Below are positions 30,297 through 38,222 of a stretch of 47,531 nucleotides of DNA, piece by piece. The notes beneath the pieces were generated by a model. It worked only from the letters and a program-made list of their open reading frames with translations. It was not told the DNA's origin and did not search any database. Position 1 is the first letter of the stretch. Each line of letters opens with the position of its first letter. Source of the DNA: a bacterium (GTDB lineage: Bacteria; Patescibacteriota; Patescibacteriia; UBA9934; GWF2-40-263); assembly GCA_020051955.1 (NCBI GenBank), contig JAGVQB010000014.1, positions 1-47,531 of the forward strand, read 5' to 3'. Both the position numbers and the translations under genes were made by a program.

Positions 30297-30422
30297 TATT
30301 GTCTCTGAAAAAAGCGATCTGCTTGCGCTTCGGCTCGCAAAAGCCTCAACGTAGGATTGACCTACGTCTCGGCATTTGCTTGCCTCCAGCGCGTCGCATC
30401 TCATCTTTTTTCAGAGACAATA
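30297..30422. repeat. Rod-4: 126-nt rod closed by a perfect 18-bp inverted repeat, containing a diverged inverted copy of the R unit
   Basis: tattgtctctgaaaaaag (30297-30314) pairs with cttttttcagagacaata (30405-30422). The interior contains cgtagg-attga-cctacg and gcttcggc, as in R1/R2 but on the opposite strand. Confidence 0.85.
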
Positions 30423-30585
30423 CCTTCGGTGTTGCACGGTCTCGTGCGAACTAACTATTTGATTATAATGTTTTCTATGTGGGCAACCATTTCTTCTTGG
30501 TTATTCATTCATACTAACGACGCGGTGATATTACCAAACAGAGGGATCATTGACAAGAATAAGGGGAGGAGAAAAAGGGGGAGGA

Positions 30586-31536
30586 TTACTTCGAAACAAA
30601 ATCTACAATCGCGCCGGCGACATCCATGCCAGTCACGCGTTCGAGCTCTTTGAAACCAGGGTTAGCGTTCACCTCCAAAAGCAACGGCCCACGATTCGAT
30701 CGAATAATATCCACGCCAGCTATATCCAGTGAAAATAATTTTGCCGCGCGCATTGCCAGGTCAGCCTCCGCACGGCTTAACTCGATAGGGGTTCCGATTC
30801 CGCCGTTGGAAGTATTCGCGCGCACGTCTCCCTCTGGAGCCGCGCGTTCCATCGCGGTCAATATCTCCCCACCAAGCAGGAACGCGCGCAAATCTTTTCG
30901 CCCCGCCTCCGCGATAAACTCTTCAACGATTATTGGATTGCGATCGCGTACGGCCAAGTATTCAACAATTGGCTGTAGCGTCTCTGGGTCTCTCGCAAAG
31001 AACACTCCTTTCCCATGCGTTCCAAACGCGACTTTCAAAATCACAGGGAATCCAATCTCGCGCGCGATCGCCAGCGCATCCTCACTTTTTTGAATGATGC
31101 CCCAGCGCGGACAGGGGATGCCATTGGCAGAACACAAAACATGCTGGGTGATTTTATTTTTCCCATTCATGATTGCCACGCCACCATTGATGACTCGATA
31201 TCCAGCTTGCGCGAGGAGATCTGGCGCGTACGTGCGCAGGCTTGGCTCCTCGATAAAGTTCGGGCGGCAGATGATTACGTCCATTGGAGGAAGGGGGTTG
31301 GATTGGTGAAGAATCGTTTGCGGTGACACTAGTACAGGCAACCCCCCTTTATCCCCCCTCCGCCTTCGCCAAGGCTTCGGCGGACAGGTTGGGAAGGGGG
31401 GAGATTGAAATGACAAAAACGGTTCGAAGATTTTTGCAACTTCGTGTCCGCGCTTCAAAATAGCTTCCTCGAGTCGGTCAGCGCCAGTGTGCTGATCCTC
31501 GGTTGAGGTGGAGAAGGTTAGGATGCCGATGGTCAT
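30586..31536 (-). CDS. rimK: RimK-type ATP-grasp ligase
   Basis: The C-terminal half is colinear with E. coli RimK (from memory), for example IIRSNRGPLLLEVNANPGFKELE. ATG 31536 (MTIGILTF) is preferred over track start 31776, which would translate Rep-C antisense. Confidence 0.8.
   Translation of the reverse strand: MTIGILTFSTSTEDQHTGADRLEEAILKRGHEVAKIFEPFLSFQSPPFPTCPPKPWRRRRGDKGGLPVLVSPQTILHQSNPLPPMDVIICRPNFIEEPSLRTYAPDLLAQAGYRVINGGVAIMNGKNKITQHVLCSANGIPCPRWGIIQKSEDALAIAREIGFPVILKVAFGTHGKGVFFARDPETLQPIVEYLAVRDRNPIIVEEFIAEAGRKDLRAFLLGGEILTAMERAAPEGDVRANTSNGGIGTPIELSRAEADLAMRAAKLFSLDIAGVDIIRSNRGPLLLEVNANPGFKELERVTGMDVAGAIVDFVSK
31337..31406 (+). repeat. Rep-D copy in frame (antisense reading) in rimK
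   Basis: ggcaacccccctttatcccccctccgccttcgccaaggcttcggcggacaggttgggaaggggggagatt, read on the minus strand as SPPFPTCPPKPWRRRRGDKGGLP. Confidence 0.9.
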
Positions 31537-31537
31537 A

Positions 31538-31670
31538 TGGGAGGGGTGAGGGGAGAGGGAGGAGGGAACAGGGAACAGGGAACAGGAAACAGGGAACAGG
31601 GAACAGGGATTAGGGAACAGTGAACAGGGAACAGGGATTAGGGAACAGGGAAGGGTTAGGAGGGGAGGGA
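31538..31670 (+). repeat. Rep-C array (longest copy), between the minus-strand dus and rimK genes
   Basis: gggaggggtgaggggagagggaggagggaacagggaacagggaacaggaaacagggaacagggaacagggattagggaacagtgaacagggaacagggattagggaacaggg. G-rich on the + strand like all other copies. Confidence 0.9.
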
Positions 31671-32681
31671 GCTCGGAGAGAATTCGTCGAGGATTTGGAG
31701 GACTTCGTTGGCAGAGCACGACGTGTGGAGACGCTCTTTGAAAGGTTTCGCGCCGGGCACTCCGCGGAAGTACCACGAGAGATGTTTTCGAAAAGTTGTT
31801 ACGCCCCGCTCGCCATATTGCTCGAGATGGTAACGCAGATGAAGTTTAATGACACGCACGCGCTCTTCATTCGTGACTGGTGTTGGTGCGCACCCAGCGA
31901 GCAGATCATTGATATGTGAAAAAATCCAGGGGTTCCCCAGGGCGCCGCGAGCGATCATGACGCCAGCGGCGCCAGTGGTTTTCAAAGCATCGATTGCAAG
32001 AGGCGCGGTGTGTGCGTCGCCATTAGCGAGCAGTGGTATCGAGAGTGTTTTCGCTAACTCACCGATTAGATTCCAATCCGATTTTCCAGAATACCCCTGT
32101 GACTTGGTGCGCCCATGGACCGTAATTAGATCCGCGCCTGCTTCCTCGAGCACGTGCGCGAACTCAAAGCACTCGCGTGGGTTACTCCAACCAGAACGAA
32201 TTTTTACAGAGAGAGGGACAGTGATCGCGGACTTCATTGCTCTCACGATCTCGCTTGCGAGTTTCGGTTCTCGCATAAGCGCCGCGCCGTTAAAATTGTG
32301 AACGATCTTATAAACCGGGCAACCCATGTTAATGTCAAAACCTTCGGGGCGATGTTGAGCTTCGATGATTCGCGCGGCCTCGGCCATCGTGTTTGGGTTT
32401 GAACCAAAGAGTTGTTGCACCAACGGTCGTTCATCATCGTGGATGGCGGTCATGCCCAGTGTCTTCTCATTGTCACGCACAACCGCCTCCGCGCTCACCA
32501 TTTCGCGGAAGATGATGACTTGATGAGAAGATTCCTCGGTTACTCTTCGACTCGCTTGCGCGGGCTCAGGGTTGTGTTGCGCGACAAGTCGCACAACACG
32601 ACAAAACGCCGAATCTGTCATATCAGCCATTGGCGAAAGCGCGATGATTGGACGCGGGCACGTCGCCCAGTTGAGAAACAT
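31656..32681 (-). CDS. dus: tRNA-dihydrouridine synthase
   Basis: SPMADMTDSAFC, FDINMGCPV, KIRSGW and HGRT. The start is uncertain (ATG 32681 chosen; track start 32882). Confidence 0.85.
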   Translation of the reverse strand: MFLNWATCPRPIIALSPMADMTDSAFCRVVRLVAQHNPEPAQASRRVTEESSHQVIIFREMVSAEAVVRDNEKTLGMTAIHDDERPLVQQLFGSNPNTMAEAARIIEAQHRPEGFDINMGCPVYKIVHNFNGAALMREPKLASEIVRAMKSAITVPLSVKIRSGWSNPRECFEFAHVLEEAGADLITVHGRTKSQGYSGKSDWNLIGELAKTLSIPLLANGDAHTAPLAIDALKTTGAAGVMIARGALGNPWIFSHINDLLAGCAPTPVTNEERVRVIKLHLRYHLEQYGERGVTTFRKHLSWYFRGVPGAKPFKERLHTSCSANEVLQILDEFSPSSLPS

Positions 32682-32862
32682 ATCTCTTGGAGGGTAGCGG
32701 TAAATCAACGATCGTTCAAGCCACTTTGCCGTAACCGGGTAACGGCGAAATGACAGTGGAGGTGGAACCCGTGGTGTCGAACACTGGACAGATAATAAAA
32801 AAGTGATAACTTTGTCTGTCAGCAGACGGCACGCGTGCGTTTGCTGTGAGGAGAAGACGAGA

Positions 32863-34086
32863 ATGGTAAAGCCAGGACCCAAGTCTGGAGCGGAAGAGCG
32901 TTATCCCATTGAGAAGGATCTTCTCAGCCTCGGTGTCTCTGTCGTTGAGATCGCAAGTCGTCTGGGTGTGAGCGATTCCACGGTCTGGGAAGACATCACT
33001 GACAAAGGTGGGTTGCACGTATGGATTCCGTCCCGTCCCAAGAGCGGCGCGGAGATCTACGGTGCGAGGTTCCTGCGCTGTGCGAATATCGAGAGGAGAG
33101 CATGGTCGTTGGAAGAAAGACAGTCGTGTGAATCCATCAGATCGTTGGTTGAAGAATCAATTGGTCTGAATGAGATCAAGACGTTTCTGCTTGGCATGTT
33201 TTGCGCGCACCTCGCGCTCCAGTATCCCGCTGACCATCCTGGGCTCGAACGCGAGATGGAGCTTGCGCGCGCCGTGTTCGACATTCGTTCAATTGCCAAG
33301 AGCGCTGGCATCGCTCAGACAAACGCGGACTACCTGCTCTGGGACTACTTCCAGGAGGTTGTGAGAGGACAACGCAATCCACCCACGTCAAAGGACAACG
33401 CCATCGCGGACCTGGCGGAGATGTTCCGCCTTCGCGCTTCGCGAGAGAAACTGCAGGGTCCGTTTCAGGACGGATTCGCGCAAGCGGTTCGCGAAGCGAT
33501 TGATGCTCTTGCGAGCAACCAGGCGTCTGTACTGCGTATGCGTTACGGCATTGATTCAGAAGTGAGGACGCTGAGGGCGATTGGGGCTTTGCTTGGTTGC
33601 GTAACGAACGCGCGGATTGAACAGATCGAGAAAGAGGCGCTGGTGGCAATCCGCGACTCCAGACATGGGGATCGTCTGCGCGAGTACCTCACTGACTTCT
33701 CGTGTCTCTCCACAAAACTTGTGGAGGCACAGACCGAGATCGTACGCCTTCGCAACCTGATCGTTGATCGCGAATCAAGAAGTGGGGCGCTCGGTTTCCT
33801 CGCGACAGATGTTGAGGATCTTGGTCTGCCGTCTCGTTGCAGAAGGCGGATGCGTGAGCTGGAAATTAGCAAGGTTGGTCAGCTCGTGCGCTGTGCCAGG
33901 AGCGACCTGCGAAAACAGTGGTTCGGTAAGGGGTCGCTTGACGCGATTGCCAATGCTCTGTCTGCTCATGGGTATGGGCTTGATGGCGTGGGGCTTTTGC
34001 CAGAAGAAGTTGAGCTCTATCCGATCCCCGATGCCGTGCTTCGCTACCGAGAGGCATTGGTGGAACGAAAGAAGTCGCGCTGGTAG
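32863..34086 (+). CDS. multi-HTH protein: resolvase-type HTH + sigma-70 region 4-like + RNA polymerase alpha C-terminal-domain-like module, GC-rich
   Basis: N-terminus KPGPKSGAEERYPIEKDLLSLGVSVVEIASRLGVSDSTVWEDI. Sigma region 4-like ASVLRMRYGIDSEVRTLRAIGALLGCVTNARIEQIEKEALVAIR. C-terminus VEDLGLPSRCRRRMRELEISKVGQLVRCARSDLRKQWFGKGSLDAIANALSAHGYGL aligns by eye with E. coli RpoA [64 protein letters not shown] lies 8 nt before ATG 32863. Confidence 0.7.
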   Translation: MVKPGPKSGAEERYPIEKDLLSLGVSVVEIASRLGVSDSTVWEDITDKGGLHVWIPSRPKSGAEIYGARFLRCANIERRAWSLEERQSCESIRSLVEESIGLNEIKTFLLGMFCAHLALQYPADHPGLEREMELARAVFDIRSIAKSAGIAQTNADYLLWDYFQEVVRGQRNPPTSKDNAIADLAEMFRLRASREKLQGPFQDGFAQAVREAIDALASNQASVLRMRYGIDSEVRTLRAIGALLGCVTNARIEQIEKEALVAIRDSRHGDRLREYLTDFSCLSTKLVEAQTEIVRLRNLIVDRESRSGALGFLATDVEDLGLPSRCRRRMRELEISKVGQLVRCARSDLRKQWFGKGSLDAIANALSAHGYGLDGVGLLPEEVELYPIPDAVLRYREALVERKKSRW

Positions 34087-34097
34087 TTCGTTGACGC

Positions 34098-34124
34098 GCC
34101 TGTCTTTGCGAGACAGGCTTTTTT
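34098..34124 (+). terminator. rho-independent terminator
   Basis: gcctgtct-ttgcg-agacaggc followed by TTTTTT. Confidence 0.8.
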
Positions 34125-34147
34125 ATTTCTTGTATACTTTCCAACGT

Positions 34148-34534
34148 ATGAATTCATCGAGCAAGTATCTTTACGCGGCTGCCACATTGGTCGCGATAGG
34201 TCTGGTTGCTTTCGCGGCTACAAAAGGCACGGCGCCATCATCGTATGATGATTTCGCGCGATGCATCACACAAAATAGTGTGAAGATGTACGGCACGTGG
34301 TGGTGCGGTCATTGCAGAGGGCAGAAGGACATGTTCGGTAGCTCTTTTCAATACATAAATTACGTTGAGTGTTCTGATATTCCTTCTCGTGACATGAAGC
34401 AGGAATGTAAGGACGTGGGCGTTGAAGGTTACCCAACTTGGCAGTTCGCTGATGGCTCGCTCGCGCCTGGGGAACAGAGCCTCGAAACATTATCGCAAAG
34501 GAGTGGTTGCGAATTGCCCACGCAGGATTTATGA
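34148..34534 (+). CDS. membrane-anchored thioredoxin-like protein
   Basis: TM segment AATLVAIGLVAFAA and WWCGHC active site. ATGA overlap with the next gene. Confidence 0.7.
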   Translation: MNSSSKYLYAAATLVAIGLVAFAATKGTAPSSYDDFARCITQNSVKMYGTWWCGHCRGQKDMFGSSFQYINYVECSDIPSRDMKQECKDVGVEGYPTWQFADGSLAPGEQSLETLSQRSGCELPTQDL

Positions 34535-34962
34535 AAAAAATCGCGCGCACAATTTTAGCGTTTTCGATAATTGGTTTGTTGATTTCGATTTACTCCTTTC
34601 TCCACAATCAGGGTTTCGCACCAGGCGAGTTTTGCACGCTTAGCGACACTGTGAATTGTGACATTGTGAACAAAGGGCCGTTCTCGCAGATTTTCGGTGT
34701 GCCAGTTTCTTTGATTGGCGTGATTGGATATTTGTTTTTGGCGATAGCGTCGTGCATGAAGATTCGAGAGCCTCAAGATCGCGGTATCACAACTTTTCTC
34801 TTGCTCGCGTCGTTTAGCGGGCTTCTGTTCAGCTTGTATCTTTCTAGTCTTGAAGCATTCATTCTTCATGCTTGGTGTGTTTTGTGTCTAAGTTCCCAGT
34901 TGTTAATCCTCGCGATTTTTATTCTATGCGGATTTCTTTTCATGGAGCGGCGCGCGAAGTGA
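34531..34962 (+). CDS. vitamin K epoxide reductase (VKOR) family protein
   Basis: Loop Cys pair (FCTLSDTVNC), CVLC redox motif and four hydrophobic segments. Confidence 0.8.
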   Translation: MKKIARTILAFSIIGLLISIYSFLHNQGFAPGEFCTLSDTVNCDIVNKGPFSQIFGVPVSLIGVIGYLFLAIASCMKIREPQDRGITTFLLLASFSGLLFSLYLSSLEAFILHAWCVLCLSSQLLILAIFILCGFLFMERRAK

Positions 34963-36293
34963 CGGGATCGTGTCATCACTTTGAAGTAAAAGACACGAGC
35001 GGAAAAGTCAGGCAGATTCTTTTTGACTGCGGAATGTTTCAGGGTGAGCAGATGTGCGGCTCAAAGAACGCTGACGTTTTTGGTTTTGATCCCAAGCTGA
35101 TTGAAGCGGTTTTTATTTCTCACGCGCACGCTGATCACACAGGTCGCCTGCCCAAACTTATAGCAGGAGGATTCACAGGGTCGATCTATATGGTTGAGCC
35201 GTGTATTGGACTTTCAAAACTCGTGCTGGAGGACGCGTATCACATAATGAAAGAGGACGCAAAACGCTGTGGCAGTTCAATTCTCTACGAGCTTGATGAT
35301 CTCAAAGGTGTGTTCGATCGAATCCAACCCGTGAGCTACCATCAGGAAATTGATGTTGCTCCCGGAGTGAGCGTGATGTTCCACGAAGCTGGGCACGTAC
35401 TCGGCTCGGCTTATATTTCCATTGACGCCGAAGGAAAACGTTTGGTGTATTCAGGTGACATAGGAAATGATCGAGTGCCGATTCTGCCAGAGACTGAGCC
35501 GATCTCGCGCGCCGACGTTGTTATTTGCGAATCAACATACGGCGATCGGACGCACGAAGGGACAGAGCAGAGGTCGTCGCTTTTGAAAGAGGCGATTGAT
35601 TTGGTGATTCGCGACCGCGGCGTTTTGATGATCCCAGCGTTTTCAATCGAGCGCACACAGGAGCTTCTCTACGCGATCGATCAGCTTTTACAGACGGAGT
35701 TGAAAACGCACATCCCGATTTTTCTCGACAGCCCAATGGCGATTCGAGCCACGGAGCTGTATCGCCACTTCAAGTCGTATTTAAAATTCGACGCGCCAAT
35801 CCTCGCGCAACCTGACTTGGATTTTTTCAGTTTTCCAAACCTGCGAGAGACCCTTACAACCGACGAATCAAAAGCGATCAATGACACGCAGGCTCCATTC
35901 ATTGTGATCGCTGGCTCGGGGATGATGTCTGGCGGGCGCATTATGCATCACTTGCGACACCACCTCCCCGACGCAAAGAGTCGCGTGCTTGTTATCGGTT
36001 ACCAGGCCGCGGGTACGCTTGGACGCAGGATTTATGAGGGCGCTAAGAGCGTGCGCATTTATGGCAAAGAGGTTGAGGTGCGCGCGAAAGTTTCCGCTAT
36101 CGGCGCGTTCTCCGCGCACGGCGATCAGGACAAACTTACGCGCTGGCTCGCGCCAGAGGATGGGCAGACTCCAAAAAAGATTTTCCTCGTGCACGGAGAT
36201 CGGGAAGTAGAAGAAGTTTTCGCAACCCACCTGCGGCATCATCTTGGTGCAGAGGTGATAATCCCAGAGTATCAAGGGACGTATGAGGGATAG
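34926..36293 (+). CDS. MBL-fold beta-CASP RNA-metabolising hydrolase
   Basis: HAHADHTGRLP with a beta-CASP-like middle and C-terminus (SAHGD). ATG 34926 overlaps the VKOR 3' end by 37 nt. Confidence 0.85.
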   Translation: MRISFHGAAREVTGSCHHFEVKDTSGKVRQILFDCGMFQGEQMCGSKNADVFGFDPKLIEAVFISHAHADHTGRLPKLIAGGFTGSIYMVEPCIGLSKLVLEDAYHIMKEDAKRCGSSILYELDDLKGVFDRIQPVSYHQEIDVAPGVSVMFHEAGHVLGSAYISIDAEGKRLVYSGDIGNDRVPILPETEPISRADVVICESTYGDRTHEGTEQRSSLLKEAIDLVIRDRGVLMIPAFSIERTQELLYAIDQLLQTELKTHIPIFLDSPMAIRATELYRHFKSYLKFDAPILAQPDLDFFSFPNLRETLTTDESKAINDTQAPFIVIAGSGMMSGGRIMHHLRHHLPDAKSRVLVIGYQAAGTLGRRIYEGAKSVRIYGKEVEVRAKVSAIGAFSAHGDQDKLTRWLAPEDGQTPKKIFLVHGDREVEEVFATHLRHHLGAEVIIPEYQGTYEG

Positions 36294-36335
36294 TTGCTAG
36301 CGTGCGATTTTATTTTCAGGTAGGATGTTGTCGTT

Positions 36336-38222
36336 ATGCCCGACCAGGCACACATTAGAAATTTTTGCATCATCGCGCACATTGATCATGGAAAGTCGAC
36401 CCTCGCGGATCGGCTTCTTGAGTTAACTGGCACGGTGGATAAACGCAAGATGAAGGAACAAATTTTGGATTCAATGGATTTGGAGCGCGAGAAAGGGATC
36501 ACAATCAAGCTCGCGCCGGCGAGGATGAAGTACGAGTATTTAGGGAACAGGGAACAGGAAACAGGGATTAGGGAACAGGAGAGAGGACAGTACGTTTTGA
36601 ATTTGATTGATACTCCCGGACACGTGGATTTTACTTATGAGGTGTCGCGGTCGTTGGCGGCTGTTGAAGGCGCGATTCTGCTTGTTGACGCGACACAGGG
36701 CGTGCAGGCGCAAACGATTGGAAACTTGTATTTGGCGCTTGGGGAGGATTTGGAAATTATTCCAGTGTTGAACAAGGTTGATCTGTTAGCGGCAGATATA
36801 CCGGCTCGTATCGCGGAGCTGACTCAACTAATTGGTTGTAAACCAGAGGACATACTTTTGGTCAGTGGAAAAACTGGCGTCGGCGTGCCAGAACTTCTTG
36901 ACGCGATTGTCGAGCGTATTCCACCGCCGTCTGGCAACCCTCTTGCTCCCACTCGCGCGCTCATTTTTGATTCGTTCTACGACGACTATCGCGGTGTTAT
37001 GGCGTACGTTCGAGTTGTGGATGGAAAGATTACAAAGCGTGAGAAGATGAAGATGATGGTGACGCGCGCTGACATCGAAATGTTGGAGACAGGGGCTGTG
37101 ACGCCTGGAGGTTTTATCGCCACAGACGTGCTTGAGACAGGGCAGATTGGGTATGTTGTAACAGGGCTCAAGGAGATAAGCGGGTGTCGCGTGGGAGATA
37201 CGATTACACAAGTAAACGGTGGGACTGATTCTCTTCCTGGCTATAAAGAGGTGAAACCGATGGTCTTCGCGGGGATTTTTCCGCAGGAGGGAGATGATTT
37301 TCACAAGTTGCGTGAGGCAATGGGAAGATTGAAACTGAACGATTCCGCGCTTATGTATGAGCCGGAACATTCTCCTGCGATTGGGTTTGGATTTCGATGC
37401 GGGCTGTTGGGAATGTTGCATTTGGAAATTTTGAAAGAGCGACTTGAGCGAGAGTTTGATATCAATCTCGTTGTGACAGTGCCGTCGGTGGCGTATGAAG
37501 TACATCTTCGCGGCGCAAGCGCACTCCCACCCCCCCTAACCCCCCCTCGGGCAGGGGGGGGATCTTCAATCGTAATCAAAAGCCCGCTTGAGTTGCCTGA
37601 CCTTTCGCGTATTGATCACATCAAAGAGCCGTGGGTGAAGCTGGATCTTGTGAGTCCATCAGAATACATCGGCGCGATAATGACTCTTCTGCAAGAACGC
37701 CGAGGTATTTATCAGACAACAGAATATCTTTCCGGCGCGCGCGCGATTCTTCATTATGAGATCCCACTTTCGATGATCATTATTGATTTCTACGACAAGT
37801 TAAAAAGTGTTACGGCTGGATACGGGTCAATGAACTACGACGTGATCGGATACCGTCCAGCGGATGTTGTGCGCATGGATATTCTTGTCGCTGAAGATCC
37901 TGTGGACGCGTTCGCGACGCTTGTGTATTCAGATGAGGCAGAGAAGGTTGGGCGCAGAATAACAAATGTGCTCAAGGACTCAATTCCAAAACAAAACTTT
38001 GTTATAAAACTTCAGGCCGCCATTGGAGGAAAAATTGTCGCGTCAGAGCGAATCTCAGCAATGCGCAAGGACGTGACAGCTGGTTTGTACGGAGGAGATG
38101 TGACTCGCAAGCGCAAGGTTTTGGAAAAGCAGAAGAGAGGCAAGGCGCGCATGGCGCAGATGGGCAAGGGGAGAGTGAGCATACCGACGGATGCGTATTT
38201 GAAAGTATTGAAAAGGGAATGA
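36336..38222 (+). CDS. lepA: elongation factor 4
   Basis: IRNFCIIAHIDHGKST, DTPGHVDF and NKVDL, with the C-terminal LepA region colinear with E. coli (from memory). Confidence 0.95.
   Translation: MPDQAHIRNFCIIAHIDHGKSTLADRLLELTGTVDKRKMKEQILDSMDLEREKGITIKLAPARMKYEYLGNREQETGIREQERGQYVLNLIDTPGHVDFTYEVSRSLAAVEGAILLVDATQGVQAQTIGNLYLALGEDLEIIPVLNKVDLLAADIPARIAELTQLIGCKPEDILLVSGKTGVGVPELLDAIVERIPPPSGNPLAPTRALIFDSFYDDYRGVMAYVRVVDGKITKREKMKMMVTRADIEMLETGAVTPGGFIATDVLETGQIGYVVTGLKEISGCRVGDTITQVNGGTDSLPGYKEVKPMVFAGIFPQEGDDFHKLREAMGRLKLNDSALMYEPEHSPAIGFGFRCGLLGMLHLEILKERLEREFDINLVVTVPSVAYEVHLRGASALPPPLTPPRAGGGSSIVIKSPLELPDLSRIDHIKEPWVKLDLVSPSEYIGAIMTLLQERRGIYQTTEYLSGARAILHYEIPLSMIIIDFYDKLKSVTAGYGSMNYDVIGYRPADVVRMDILVAEDPVDAFATLVYSDEAEKVGRRITNVLKDSIPKQNFVIKLQAAIGGKIVASERISAMRKDVTAGLYGGDVTRKRKVLEKQKRGKARMAQMGKGRVSIPTDAYLKVLKRE
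36539..36592 (+). repeat. Rep-C array in frame in lepA
   Basis: tttagggaacagggaacaggaaacagggattagggaacaggagagagg, translated as [16 protein letters not shown]. Confidence 0.9.
37522..37561 (-). repeat. Rep-E copy (inverted) in frame in lepA
   Basis: cactcccaccccccctaaccccccctcgggcaggggggg is the reverse complement of Rep-E with one mismatch. Translated as ALPPPLTPPRAGGG. Confidence 0.9.

Noticed and set aside
29724-30454. Track ORFs in the tRNA-Gln region (29724-29951, 29809-30084, 29914-30267, 29975-30349, 30194-30454)
   Set aside because: They are created by the R1/R2/rod repeats and even cross the tRNA gene. The duplicated peptide segments reflect the DNA repeat, not a protein family.
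29715-30585. Search for SRP RNA, RNase P RNA, tmRNA or 6S RNA in the large non-coding stretches (also 1-125 and 18800-19104)
   Set aside because: I could not find the conserved cores by eye (for example the SRP GGAA/AGCA domain IV motifs, or a tmRNA tRNA-like 3' end). This needs Infernal/Rfam to settle.
36828-37505. 225-aa minus-strand ORF antisense to lepA
   Set aside because: It is fully contained in the strongly supported lepA frame, with no motif and no start context.
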